64,000 bases of DNA from the NCBI GenBank assembly GCA_946410595.1, contig CAMKAU010000002.1, positions 1,158 through 65,157 on the forward strand, read 5' to 3'. The notes beneath the pieces were generated by a model. The model searched no databases. It was not told the DNA's origin and worked only from the letters and a program-made list of their open reading frames with translations. Positions 45,427 through 54,437 of the stretch are shown here, in pieces; positions within the stretch are counted from its first letter, which is position 1, and each line of letters opens with the position of its first letter. A program made the position numbers and the translations under genes. The DNA comes from an uncultured Clostridia bacterium (GTDB taxonomy: Bacteria > Bacillota > Clostridia > Oscillospirales > CAG-272).

Positions 45427-45464
45427 CACGCAGGCAAAGCGCAACGCTTTGCCTGCGTGTTTTT
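45427..45464 (+). terminator. Cassette intrinsic terminator
   Basis: Perfect 15-bp stem cacgcaggcaaagcg-caa-cgctttgcctgcgtg followed by T5, 15 nt after the TIR gene stop. Confidence 0.75.
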
Positions 45465-45465
45465 C

Positions 45466-45622
45466 CGGCGGGCGTGGTCTTTTCCTTGTAGGGCGGGGGT
45501 TTATCTCCCGCCGCAAAATAAAAAAACTGCGCGGAAGGAGCAAGCCCCTTCCCTACAAACGCCGCTCCCGCCGGGCGCTATGCCGCGCCGGGGCGGTCCG
45601 ACCGACCGCCCCGGCTTTTTTT
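45466..45622. repeat. Right copy of the approximately 155-bp direct repeat (core plus hairpin H plus T7)
   Basis: See 40588-40742. Hairpin H at 45587-45615 followed by T7. Confidence 0.85.
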
Positions 45623-45713
45623 GCGGCGGGCGGCGGTTTTTTCATATTTCGCGGCGGGGGCGCATAGGATAGAACAGACGGCGGCGAGAAGACCGCCCGC
45701 AAAGAGGAAAGTT

Positions 45714-46205
45714 ATGTTCATCTGTACGCTGCGCGCCACGACCCTGAAGCTCTTCGGGGTGATCCTGCTCGGCGCCGCTCTGCTCGTCGGGCTGCTTGTC
45801 GCCGCTCCGGCGCGGGCGGAGGCGGAGGCGGCGCCCTCCGCGGCCGAGGCCGCGGAAAGCACCGTGACCTTCGACAAGGTCAAGACAAACGAGGACCGGA
45901 TCCGCTTCCTTTCCCAGTTCGGCTGGACGGTGAGCGAGACGCCGGAGGAGGAAGAGGTGCGGATCCCGGCGGAGTTCGACCGGGTGTTCGCCGGGTATAA
46001 CGAGATCCAGAAGCGGCAGGGGCTCGACCTCTCCAAGTACGCCGGGCGCAAGGTCATGCGCTACACCTACGCCGTGACCAACTACCCCGACGCGGAGAAA
46101 AAGGTCTACGCGACCGTGATCGTCTACCGCAACCGCGTGATCGGCGGGGACCTGTGCGCGCCGGGGCGGGACTCCTTTGTGCTGCAGCTCAGTGGTGAGA
46201 AATAG
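45714..46205 (+). CDS. DUF4830-like secreted/anchored protein
   Basis: Trimmed to the ATG at 45714 after AAGAGGAAAG. Has an N-terminal TM. RIRFLSQFGW, YNEIQKRQGLDLSKYAGR and VIGGDLC match my memory of DUF4830. Confidence 0.65.
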   Translation: MFICTLRATTLKLFGVILLGAALLVGLLVAAPARAEAEAAPSAAEAAESTVTFDKVKTNEDRIRFLSQFGWTVSETPEEEEVRIPAEFDRVFAGYNEIQKRQGLDLSKYAGRKVMRYTYAVTNYPDAEKKVYATVIVYRNRVIGGDLCAPGRDSFVLQLSGEK

Positions 46206-46233
46206 AAAAACGCCGCCCGCGGGCGGCGTTTTT
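46206..46233. terminator. Bidirectional intrinsic terminator
   Basis: aaaaacgccgccc-gc-gggcggcgttttt, between convergent genes. Confidence 0.75.
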
Positions 46234-46237
46234 CTAT

Positions 46238-47419
46238 TTAAGAGAGTTTAACGGTGATAATGAAGCCGGAGACGTTATCGCCGGAGATCTCGCAGGGAAC
46301 GCCCTGCGGCAGGCGGAGGGCGACCCGGTCGGGGAAGCGGTCGCCGATGACGGGGGGCGCTACTTCCGTTCCCGCCGCGTCGGTCACGGCGGGGGTGACG
46401 ACCGTTTCGTTTTCCACCTTTTCATAATAGATCGCGTACTTGGCCCCTTCGGGGTCGGTGTACTCGAGGTAGTTGCGGTAGGTGTACTCACGGAGGAAGT
46501 CGAGATACTCCTCCAGGCAGAAGTTCTTTTCCGCGATCAGGGCGGCGTGCGGCTTTCCGACGTAGCGGAAATGCCAGGACTCGCCCGAGTAGCCGGTGAT
46601 CCCGCTCTTTTCCTCGTCGTAGCGCTTAATGAAGCCGAAGCGGGCGCAGTTTTCGTAGATCCAGTTATACAGGGGGGGCATATCGGCGGCGCCGGGTTTG
46701 TAGGTGGCGGTCTTATCCCCGTCTTTCACGAAGATATAAGTGTCAAACGCCATGCCGGTATGATGCTCGCTGTACCCGGGCGGCGCGGTGTACTTCATCG
46801 CTTCTTCCTCGCTGCCGTACTTTGCGATCATCTCCGCGACCGTCTCGACCTGCTCCTCGTAGCTGCGCCAGCCGCTGGTGATCAGGTAGCTGTTGTCCCC
46901 CGTTTCCGCGAGGAACGCGTCGAACATCTCGCTCATCCGCGTACAGATGAAATCCGCGAGCTGAAGCTCGGAGCTCTGGAGCTTGTAGGAATACGCGGGC
47001 CACTCGCGCCAGAAGGTGTAAAGCGAGATGATCTTCGTCTCTCTGTTCTCCTCAAAGCGATAGGCGTGGTCCCGGTTGACGAGGATCAGATCGCCGCGGT
47101 AAATCCCGGAGGCGGAAACCTCCTTCGTCTCAAAGAGAAGACCGTTTTTGTCGGGGGCGGAGGTCGAAGGAGCGGTATCCTCGGGCGGGAGCGTCTCGTC
47201 CGGCGTTGCCGCGGCGGTGGTGACCTCGGCGGGGACGGGCTGCGGGGTACGGTCCTTTTTGAGGAGGTTGACGATCCCCACGATCGCCAGCGCCCAGAGC
47301 GCCAGAACGAGCGCGATCAAAAGAAGGAGCTTGAGCGTCCGGCTCCTCTCGCGGGACGCCGCGCTCCGGACCGGCTTGCGCCGGGCGGGGGGGCTGCCGT
47401 TCAGATCATTTTGATTCAT
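46238..47419 (-). CDS. M15B (VanY-type) D-alanyl-D-alanine carboxypeptidase, membrane anchored
   Basis: Trimmed to the ATG at 47419 after AAGGAGG. Has an N-terminal TM, SGWRSYEEQ, SEHHTGMAFD and ESWHFRY. Confidence 0.85.
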   Translation of the reverse strand: MNQNDLNGSPPARRKPVRSAASRERSRTLKLLLLIALVLALWALAIVGIVNLLKKDRTPQPVPAEVTTAAATPDETLPPEDTAPSTSAPDKNGLLFETKEVSASGIYRGDLILVNRDHAYRFEENRETKIISLYTFWREWPAYSYKLQSSELQLADFICTRMSEMFDAFLAETGDNSYLITSGWRSYEEQVETVAEMIAKYGSEEEAMKYTAPPGYSEHHTGMAFDTYIFVKDGDKTATYKPGAADMPPLYNWIYENCARFGFIKRYDEEKSGITGYSGESWHFRYVGKPHAALIAEKNFCLEEYLDFLREYTYRNYLEYTDPEGAKYAIYYEKVENETVVTPAVTDAAGTEVAPPVIGDRFPDRVALRLPQGVPCEISGDNVSGFIITVKLS

Positions 47420-47437
47420 AAAAAACCTCCTTAGGGT

Positions 47438-47472
47438 CAAAAGCGGCATCCGGCTTCTGCCGGACGCCGCTC
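47438..47472 (-). terminator. pnp terminator hairpin
   Basis: On the minus strand: agcggcgtccggc-agaa-gccggatgccgct followed by tttt. Confidence 0.55.
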
Positions 47473-47493
47473 TTTTCCGGCATACGCCGTCTC

Positions 47494-49581
47494 TTACTTA
47501 TCTGCGTCCTTCATCGAAAGGTTGATGCGTCCCTTTTCGTCGATCCCGAGGAACTTGGTCCGCACGCGGTCGCCCACGGCAACCACGTCCTCCACCTTTT
47601 CGGTGCGCTGCTGCTGGAGCTTGGAGATGTGGACCAGCCCTTCCTTGCCGGGCGCGATCTCCACGAACGCGCCGATCGGGATGATGCGGGTCACGGTGCC
47701 GACGTAGGTCACGCCGACCTCCGGCTCGAAGCAGATCGCGTCGATGATCTCTTTGGCCTTGTAGGCGTTGTCACGGTTGATCGCGGAGATGAAGACGGAG
47801 CCGTCGTCCTCGAGGTCGATCTTCGCGCCGGTGTCGGCGCAAATCTTCTGGATCACTTTTCCGCCGGTGCCGATGACTTCGCGGATCTTGTCGACCGGGA
47901 TCTTCATCGTCAGCATCTTGGGCGCGTATTCGGAAACGTCCTTACGCGGCGCGGCGATCGCCTTGAGCAGGATCTCGTCGATGATATAGTCGCGGCCCCG
48001 GTGCGTCACGGCAAGCGCCTCGCGGATGATCTCGGGGGTCAGGCCGTCGATCTTGAGGTCCATCTGGATCGAAGTGATGCCCTTGTGCGTTCCCGCTACC
48101 TTGAAGTCCATATCGCCGTAGAAGTCCTCAAGCCCCTGGATGTCGATCATCGTCATCCAGCGCTCGCCCTCGGTGATCAGACCGCAGGAGATGCCCGCGA
48201 CGGGCGCGCTGATCGGCACGCCGGCGTCCATCAGAGCCAGCGTGGAGCCGCAGACCGACGCCTGGGAGGTCGAGCCGTTGGAGCTGATAACCTCGGAAAC
48301 GAGGCGGATCGCGTAGGGGAACTCCTCCACGGAAGGAAGAACGGGAACGAGAGAACGCTCGGCGAGCGCGCCGTGCCCGATCTCGCGCCGGCCGGGTCCG
48401 CGGGAGGGCTTCGCCTCGCCGGTGGAATAGCCGGGCATATTGTAGTGGTGCATATAGCGCTTGCTTTCTTCCTCGTCGATCCCGTCGAGCTTCTGCGTGT
48501 CGGAGATCGAGCCGAGGGTCGCCATCGTCAGCACCTGCGTCTGTCCGCGGGTGAACATCCCGGAGCCGTGGACGCGCTTGAAGAGTCCGACCTCCGCCGC
48601 GAGCGGACGGATCTGGTCGAGGCGGCGGCCGTCGACGCGCTTGCCGTCGTCGAGCAGCCAGCGGCGGACCACGTACTTCTGGATCTTGTAGAGGATCTCG
48701 TCCATCATCGGATGGCTGTCGGGATACTCTTCGTCGAACTTTTCGTAAACGGAATCGGTCACGACCTTCATGCGGGCGTCGCGGATCTTTTTATCGTCGG
48801 TGTCGAGCGCCTTGCGGACTTCCTCGATGCAGAAGTCGGAGATCTTGTTGTAGAGCTCCTCGTCGACGTTGTGGTGTTCGTACTCGAACTTGGGTTTGCC
48901 CTGCTCGGCGATGATGGCGCCGACGAACTCAAGCAGCGCCTTGATCTCGCCGTGCGCCTGCATGATCGCCTCGAACATCGTATCGTCGGAGACCTGGTTG
49001 GCGCCCGCTTCGATCATTACGACCTTCGCGGACGTGCCGGCGACGGTCAGCTCCAGATCGCTCTTTTCGCGCTGCTCCGCCGTCGGGTTGACGACGATCT
49101 GCCCGTCGACCAGACCCATAAAGACGCCGGCGATCGGCCCGTTCCACGGAATATCGGAGATGGAAAGCGCGATAGACGCGCCGAGCATCGCGGTGATCTC
49201 GGGCGAGCAGTCGTGGTCGACGGCCAGCACGGTCAGAGAGAGGTTAACGTCGTTGCGCAGATCCTTCGGGAAGAGGGGACGGATCGGACGGTCGATAACG
49301 CGGGAGGTGAGGATCGCCTTTTCGGTGGGCTTGCCTTCGCGCTTGAAGAAGCTGCCGGGGATCTTGCCGACCGCGTAGAGCCGCTCCTCAAAGTCGACGC
49401 TCAGCGGGAGAAAGTCGATCCCGTCTCTCGGACGCTCGCTTGCGGTGGCGCAGGCAAGGATCGCCGTGTCGCCGTAGCGGACGAGGCAGGAGCCGTTGGC
49501 CAGTCCCGCCATCTTTCCGACTTCCACGGAAAGCGGCCGGCCCGCCAGGGTGTAGCGATAGATCTTGTAGTTTTCAAACAT
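47494..49581 (-). CDS. pnp: Polyribonucleotide nucleotidyltransferase (PNPase)
   Basis: 695 aa with two RNase PH domains plus KH (VIGTGGKVIQKI) and S1 (GAFVEIAPGKEGLVHISK). Confidence 0.95.
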   Translation of the reverse strand: MFENYKIYRYTLAGRPLSVEVGKMAGLANGSCLVRYGDTAILACATASERPRDGIDFLPLSVDFEERLYAVGKIPGSFFKREGKPTEKAILTSRVIDRPIRPLFPKDLRNDVNLSLTVLAVDHDCSPEITAMLGASIALSISDIPWNGPIAGVFMGLVDGQIVVNPTAEQREKSDLELTVAGTSAKVVMIEAGANQVSDDTMFEAIMQAHGEIKALLEFVGAIIAEQGKPKFEYEHHNVDEELYNKISDFCIEEVRKALDTDDKKIRDARMKVVTDSVYEKFDEEYPDSHPMMDEILYKIQKYVVRRWLLDDGKRVDGRRLDQIRPLAAEVGLFKRVHGSGMFTRGQTQVLTMATLGSISDTQKLDGIDEEESKRYMHHYNMPGYSTGEAKPSRGPGRREIGHGALAERSLVPVLPSVEEFPYAIRLVSEVISSNGSTSQASVCGSTLALMDAGVPISAPVAGISCGLITEGERWMTMIDIQGLEDFYGDMDFKVAGTHKGITSIQMDLKIDGLTPEIIREALAVTHRGRDYIIDEILLKAIAAPRKDVSEYAPKMLTMKIPVDKIREVIGTGGKVIQKICADTGAKIDLEDDGSVFISAINRDNAYKAKEIIDAICFEPEVGVTYVGTVTRIIPIGAFVEIAPGKEGLVHISKLQQQRTEKVEDVVAVGDRVRTKFLGIDEKGRINLSMKDADK

Positions 49582-49629
49582 GGGGGATTCCTCCGTTTTT
49601 TATAAATTCTGCGGAGGTTTAGCACTTAG

Positions 49630-49735
49630 ATACGCCCCGGAAAGAGGCCCCGGAGCGTATTTAATTGCTAATCCCCTCGCAGTTGGGTACGCGGGATGAT
49701 ATTCGTAGGAGGCGGCACGGGGCCGCCTCCGCGAA
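49630..49735 (-). promoter_or_regulatory. rpsO-pnp intercistronic leader with two stable hairpins
   Basis: Hairpins at 49701-49735 (attcgtaggaggcggc / gccgcctccgcgaat) and 49630-49660 (tacgccccgg / ccggagcgta). The position equals the pnp leader/processing region in other bacteria. Confidence 0.4.
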
Positions 49736-49743
49736 TATGCAGT

Positions 49744-50013
49744 TTACTTACGGATGCCGAGTTTGGCGACGATCGCGCGGTACCGCTCGATATCGGTTTT
49801 CTGCAGATAGTTGAGCAGACTGCGGCGATGGCCGACCATCTTCAGAAGACCGCGGCGGCTGTGATGATCCTTCGCGTTCTTTTTGAGATGCTCGTTGAGG
49901 GAGTTGATCCGGTTGGTCAGGATCGCGATCTGGACCTCGGGAGATCCGGTGTCGCCCTCGTGGATGGCATACTCTTTGATGATGTTCGTCTTTTCTTCCT
50001 TGAGAAGAGCCAT
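49744..50013 (-). CDS. rpsO: 30S ribosomal protein S15
   Basis: 89 aa with [45 protein letters not shown]. Confidence 0.95.
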   Translation of the reverse strand: MALLKEEKTNIIKEYAIHEGDTGSPEVQIAILTNRINSLNEHLKKNAKDHHSRRGLLKMVGHRRSLLNYLQKTDIERYRAIVAKLGIRK

Positions 50014-50117
50014 GGGTTTTCACCTCTTTCATAAATATTTCCCATACCTCAGTCTGCGGACAGGTGAAACGCCCGTCGGGCTTACGCCGTAAACCGTGGC
50101 ATAGGTTCAGCGTGGTT

Positions 50118-50146
50118 ATTTTAGCATACTTTCCCGCCGTTGTAAA
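50118..50146 (-). promoter_or_regulatory. rpsO promoter
   Basis: On the minus strand: TTTACA (50146-50141), 17-nt spacer, TAAAAT (50123-50118). Confidence 0.55.
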
Positions 50147-50181
50147 GGTTTTTTTCACTTTTTTTGAAAACTTTTTACATT

Positions 50182-50994
50182 TTACAAGGCAAGGGAAAAA
50201 CCGCAGCAGAGCAAAACGGTCCCCGCAGCGAGGGGCAGGAGGACCTGATGCCCGAGGTAAACGGGAAGACTGTGCCGCCCGATGAAGGCGACGGGGCCGC
50301 CGGGATAGGAGTGAAAAACCAGGGATTTCCTGGCGGCGTAAAACTGCTTGCCGAGGAAAACGCCCACGAAAATCTGCCCCCCGCCGTAGAGAAGCGGAAA
50401 GCTGTCTCCTCCGCCGTACCGGAGCCCGAGCGCCACGAGAAGCGCGGAACGGAACGCTCCTTCCTCCCCGATATAGACCGGGGCGGCATTCTTTTCCAGG
50501 ATCAGCCCGACGGCAAAACACAGGATCCCCGCGGCGAGATAAAACCACTTGCCGGGGGAGAGCTTTTCCAGTAAAGCGACGAGGATGAGGGTGACGGAGA
50601 TGCAGTGCAGCACGCCGAAGACGACGGTGATCTCCGGGTCCCCCGCCAGGCGGCCGAAGCACCACGTGGCGGCGCTGAGCCCGAGAGAAACGGCGAAAAG
50701 CCGCGCGCCGCGTTTGAGATTGCTCTCCGAAAAGGAGCAGCAGACGCCCGTGAGCGCAAGGAAAACGAACACGATCGCCAAACGGACGGCAAGGCGGACG
50801 TCCCACTCCCAGTAGAAGCGGGCGGCCGAACAGAGCCGCGCGGTAAACCCGGGGCGCGGATAGTCGGAAAACAGCGCGGGAAAGAGATAGGCCAGATCGT
50901 ACGCGAAATGGTCGAATATCATCAGAAGCACGGCGATCCCGCGGAAGAGATCCAGCTCAAAGATCCGGCTTTTGCTCTTTGTTTCCTCTGCCAT
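50182..50994 (-). CDS. DUF1624-type membrane protein (heparan-alpha-glucosaminide N-acetyltransferase-like)
   Basis: 270 aa. RIFELDLFRGIAVLLMIFDHF is the typical N-terminus. Polytopic. Confidence 0.7.
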   Translation of the reverse strand: MAEETKSKSRIFELDLFRGIAVLLMIFDHFAYDLAYLFPALFSDYPRPGFTARLCSAARFYWEWDVRLAVRLAIVFVFLALTGVCCSFSESNLKRGARLFAVSLGLSAATWCFGRLAGDPEITVVFGVLHCISVTLILVALLEKLSPGKWFYLAAGILCFAVGLILEKNAAPVYIGEEGAFRSALLVALGLRYGGGDSFPLLYGGGQIFVGVFLGKQFYAARKSLVFHSYPGGPVAFIGRHSLPVYLGHQVLLPLAAGTVLLCCGFSLAL

Positions 50995-51095
50995 ATTCCC
51001 TCTCCTTTCCGCCTTTCAGTATAGCACGCTTTTTTCCCTCCGTCAAGCGCCGGCGCGGGGCAGCCGGCGGGCGTGAAAAAAATCCGGCAAAAAAC

Positions 51096-51124
51096 TTGTA
51101 TTCCCGCCCGCGGCGTGCTATAAT
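51096..51124 (+). promoter_or_regulatory. ftsK promoter
   Basis: TTGTAT (51096-51101), 17-nt spacer, TGcTATAAT (-10 at 51119-51124). Confidence 0.55.
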
Positions 51125-51157
51125 GACCTTGTATGTCATTTTGAAAGGATTGTTTTC

Positions 51158-53767
51158 ATGGCGAAGAAAAAAACGACCGCCTCCGATAAGGCGAAAACCC
51201 ATACCAACTCCGCCGGGCGCGGCGCGAAAACGCAGGCAAAGCCCGCCGGGGAGCCGGCGCGCGAACGCAAGGCGCCGGACCCGAACTGCGCGCTGCACAA
51301 GTTTCTGCCCTACCTCTTTGCCCTGCTCGCCGTTCTGACCGTCGTTTTTCTCATTCTGCGCGAAAGCTCCGGCGTGCTCGGCAACTGGATCGGCAAGATC
51401 CTGTCCTGGGCGTTCGGACCCATCGGCGCGTGGCTGATCCCGGTCATCCTCGTCATCTTTGCGCTCCGCTGGAAAAAGATCGTCGGGGAGGACGCGATCG
51501 CAAGCCGTTTTCTCTTTTCCTTCCTGTTCCTCTGCTCCGTCGCGCTGATCGCCTACACCTTTTCGGCGGAGGCGCCGACGTTTAAGCCGGAGGTCCTGGC
51601 CTCCTCCGTCGGAGGCGTAGTCGGGGGTCTTCTCTCCTCCGCTTTGAGCGAACTGATCGGGAAGGTCGGAACGCTGATCGTCGGATTTGTTCTGGCGGCC
51701 GTTTCGCTGATGTTCCTTCTGACCGTTTCCCTCCACGACGTGTGGATCTATCTGAGATACAACGCCAAGGTCGCCGCGGAAAAGCGCGAGGAAAAGCGCA
51801 AGGAGCGCGAGGAGCAGTACGCCGCCGCGGAGGAGGAGTTCCGCCGCCGCGAGGAGGAACGCAAACGCGCGATGGCGGACGCGGAGGCGCTGGAGGAAGC
51901 GCGCCGGAAAGCGGCCGTTTCCCAGGAACCGATCCGGCTTGGGATCGAGCGTCCGGAGGACTATGAGCCGGATCCCGCCCTGATCCGGGTGAAGGAAGAA
52001 GACAGGGGCGAGGAAGTCCCGGAGGAACCGGAAGAACCCGCGGCCGTAAAAGACGCGCCGGCGGGCAAGCCGGAACAAAAAGCGGCGAGCGCCCCGGAGC
52101 GCCGGCTCCTGCCCGATCTCGAAGAGATCTTCGGCGCCGGCAAGAACGCCGACGCTCTGATGCCGAGCGACGAGAGCGACGCCGCGGAGGAAGGCGAGCT
52201 GGATCTCCCCGCCTCGGGCGCGGCGCCGGCCGAGGTAAAACCGAAGCCGAAGCCGGTTTACCGTTTCCCGCCGATCACCCTGCTGAAAACCCCGGAAAAA
52301 CCCAAAAAAGAAGATCTGTCCGCCGAGCTCAACGAGAACGCGAAAAAGCTGGTGGATACCCTCAACAGCTTCCACGTCCACACGAGAGTTTCCGACTACA
52401 CGCGCGGTCCCACGATCACCCGCTACGAGCTCTCCCCCGAGATGGGGACGAGCGTGCGCTCCATCTCCAACCGCGTGGACGATATCGCCCTCTCCCTCGC
52501 CACCCTCGGCGTGCGCATCGAGGCGCCGATCCCGGGGAAAGCCGCCGTCGGCATCGAGGTCCCGAACAAGATCAAGGCGATCGTCTATCTGCGCGAGCTG
52601 ATCGCGAGCAAGCAGTTCACCTGCGAGGAAAACAAAGGGAAAAAACTGTTCGCCTGCCTCGGCTCCGACGTGGGCGGCGCGCCGGTCTTCTGCGATATCT
52701 CCAAGATGCCGCACCTTCTCATCGCGGGCGCGACCGGCATGGGCAAGTCGGTGTGTATCAACAGCATCATCATCAGTCTGCTTTACCGCTCCACGCCGCA
52801 GGATCTCCGCTTTATCCTGATCGACCCCAAGCGTGTGGAGTTTGCCATGTATAACGGCATCCCGCATCTGCTCGTCCCGGTCGTGACCGAGCCGCAGATG
52901 GCGGCGGGCGCCCTCTCCTGGGCGGTGAACGAAATGGAACGACGCTTCGGTCTGATCCAGGAGGTCGGCGTGCGCGATATCGCCGGCTACAACGCGACCG
53001 TGACCGAGGACTCCGGGTATGAAAAGCTGCCCAATATCGTCATCATCATCGACGAGCTCGCCGACCTGATGATCGCCGCGCGGGACACGGTGGAGGTTTC
53101 CGTCAACCGCCTCGCCGCCAAGGCGAGAGCCGCGGGGATCCACATCATCATCGGCACCCAGCGTCCGTCGGTCGACGTGGTGACCGGCGTCATCAAAGCG
53201 AATATCCCCTCCCGTATCGCCTTTACCGTCGCCTCCCAGGTGGACTCCAAAACGATCATCGACGTCGGCGGCGCGGAAAAGCTGATCGGCCGCGGCGATA
53301 TGCTCTACGCGCCGGTCGGGCTGATCAAGCCGATGCGGGTCCAGGGCGCCTTCGTTTCCGACGGGGAGGTCGAAGCCGTGACCACCTTCGTCCGGGAGAA
53401 CTCCGAGGGCAACGAATACAGCGAAGAGGCGATCGCCGGGATCGCGCGCGAAACGCAGAACTGCCAGCAAAACGGCAAGAAGGGCTCCGCCGCCGAGGAC
53501 GAAGACTTCGACGGCGAGGGCGGCGACCTCGATCCGAAGTTCCGCGAGGCGCTGGAGATCGCCGTGCAGAATCAGAAGATCGCTACCTCGATGCTCCAGC
53601 GCGCGCTGAAGGTCGGCTACGGCCGCGCCGCGCGGATCATCGACGATATGGAACGCTTCGGCTACGTCGGCCCGCCCGACGGGACGAAGCCCCGCAAGGT
53701 GCTGATCGATATGCAGCAGTACCGGGAGCTCGTCGTAAGCGACGGTATCGCCAAAGGCGACGGCTGA
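51158..53767 (+). CDS. ftsK: DNA translocase FtsK/SpoIIIE
   Basis: 869 aa with N-terminal TMs, a charged linker, an ATPase (LIAGATGMGKSV, VIIIDELADLM) and a gamma winged helix (MLQRALKVGYGRAARIIDDME). Confidence 0.93.
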   Translation: MAKKKTTASDKAKTHTNSAGRGAKTQAKPAGEPARERKAPDPNCALHKFLPYLFALLAVLTVVFLILRESSGVLGNWIGKILSWAFGPIGAWLIPVILVIFALRWKKIVGEDAIASRFLFSFLFLCSVALIAYTFSAEAPTFKPEVLASSVGGVVGGLLSSALSELIGKVGTLIVGFVLAAVSLMFLLTVSLHDVWIYLRYNAKVAAEKREEKRKEREEQYAAAEEEFRRREEERKRAMADAEALEEARRKAAVSQEPIRLGIERPEDYEPDPALIRVKEEDRGEEVPEEPEEPAAVKDAPAGKPEQKAASAPERRLLPDLEEIFGAGKNADALMPSDESDAAEEGELDLPASGAAPAEVKPKPKPVYRFPPITLLKTPEKPKKEDLSAELNENAKKLVDTLNSFHVHTRVSDYTRGPTITRYELSPEMGTSVRSISNRVDDIALSLATLGVRIEAPIPGKAAVGIEVPNKIKAIVYLRELIASKQFTCEENKGKKLFACLGSDVGGAPVFCDISKMPHLLIAGATGMGKSVCINSIIISLLYRSTPQDLRFILIDPKRVEFAMYNGIPHLLVPVVTEPQMAAGALSWAVNEMERRFGLIQEVGVRDIAGYNATVTEDSGYEKLPNIVIIIDELADLMIAARDTVEVSVNRLAAKARAAGIHIIIGTQRPSVDVVTGVIKANIPSRIAFTVASQVDSKTIIDVGGAEKLIGRGDMLYAPVGLIKPMRVQGAFVSDGEVEAVTTFVRENSEGNEYSEEAIAGIARETQNCQQNGKKGSAAEDEDFDGEGGDLDPKFREALEIAVQNQKIATSMLQRALKVGYGRAARIIDDMERFGYVGPPDGTKPRKVLIDMQQYRELVVSDGIAKGDG

Positions 53768-53807
53768 TACCGGGTTTTTGAATATTTGTTTCGGGAGATG
53801 AAAAACT

Positions 53808-54371
53808 ATGATCGCGATCCTTTTGGCTGAAGGTTTTGAAGACATCGAGGCGCTGACCCCGCTCGACCTCTTCCGCCGGGTCGGCGCGGACGTCCGCCCG
53901 ATCGGGCTGACCTCCCGCGCGCCGACCGGCAAATGCTGCGGCGCGCAGGTTACCTGTCCCATGACGGCGGAGGAGCTGCTTTCCTCCGGCGAGAGGATCG
54001 ATATGCTCGTCCTCCCCGGCGGGCTCCCCGGCGCGACCAATCTGGACGCTTCCCCCCTCACCCACCGCCTGATCGACAAGGCGGAAAGCGAGGGCGCCTT
54101 CCTCACCGCGATCTGCGCCGCGCCCTTTATCTACGGAAAGCGCGGGATGCTGCGCGGCGTGCGCGCGACCGCGTTTCCGGATTTCCGGAAATATCTCGAG
54201 GGCGCGATCATCCCGGAAGACGAAAACGTCGTGCGGGACGGACGCTTTATCACGGCGGCCGGCATGGGCGCCGCCTTCCCCTTTGCCTGCGAGCTCGTCG
54301 CCGCGCTCTACGGCGAGGAACGCGCGGCGCAGCTCGCCCGGCACGAGCGCTACGCTCCCCTCCGTTTCTGA
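53808..54371 (+). CDS. DJ-1/PfpI family protein
   Basis: 187 aa with LAEGFEDIEALTPLDLFRR and a nucleophile-elbow AICAAP. Confidence 0.85.
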   Translation: MIAILLAEGFEDIEALTPLDLFRRVGADVRPIGLTSRAPTGKCCGAQVTCPMTAEELLSSGERIDMLVLPGGLPGATNLDASPLTHRLIDKAESEGAFLTAICAAPFIYGKRGMLRGVRATAFPDFRKYLEGAIIPEDENVVRDGRFITAAGMGAAFPFACELVAALYGEERAAQLARHERYAPLRF

Positions 54372-54437
54372 CCGGAAGCGGGCGCTTTCTTCCCTTTTCC
54401 GGGCCTATTCTGACAGAACGGGAGGCGATGGACGCCG

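Noticed and set aside
40588-45622. Whether the repeated 155-bp units are a CRISPR array or IS ends
   Set aside because: There are only two copies, 4.7 kb apart. They are direct rather than inverted, too long for CRISPR repeats, and no cas or transposase genes are present. They are kept as a REP/MITE-like direct repeat.
38097-45713. The accessory stretch as a prophage or integrative element
   Set aside because: It contains no integrase, recombinase, transposase, or phage structural or replication genes. Apart from 44295-45370 its composition matches the host.
47629-49605. 658-aa plus-strand ORF over pnp
   Set aside because: It is antisense to PNPase and has no motifs.
49612-49626. TTAGCACT resembling a CIRCE half-site
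   Set aside because: No inverted partner (GAGTGCTAA) lies within 9 nt. It also lies in the pnp leader, not upstream of a heat-shock gene.
50957-54106. 1049-aa ORF on the minus strand
   Set aside because: It is antisense to ftsK and the DJ-1 gene. It is a low-complexity Arg/Gly/Asp-rich shadow ORF.
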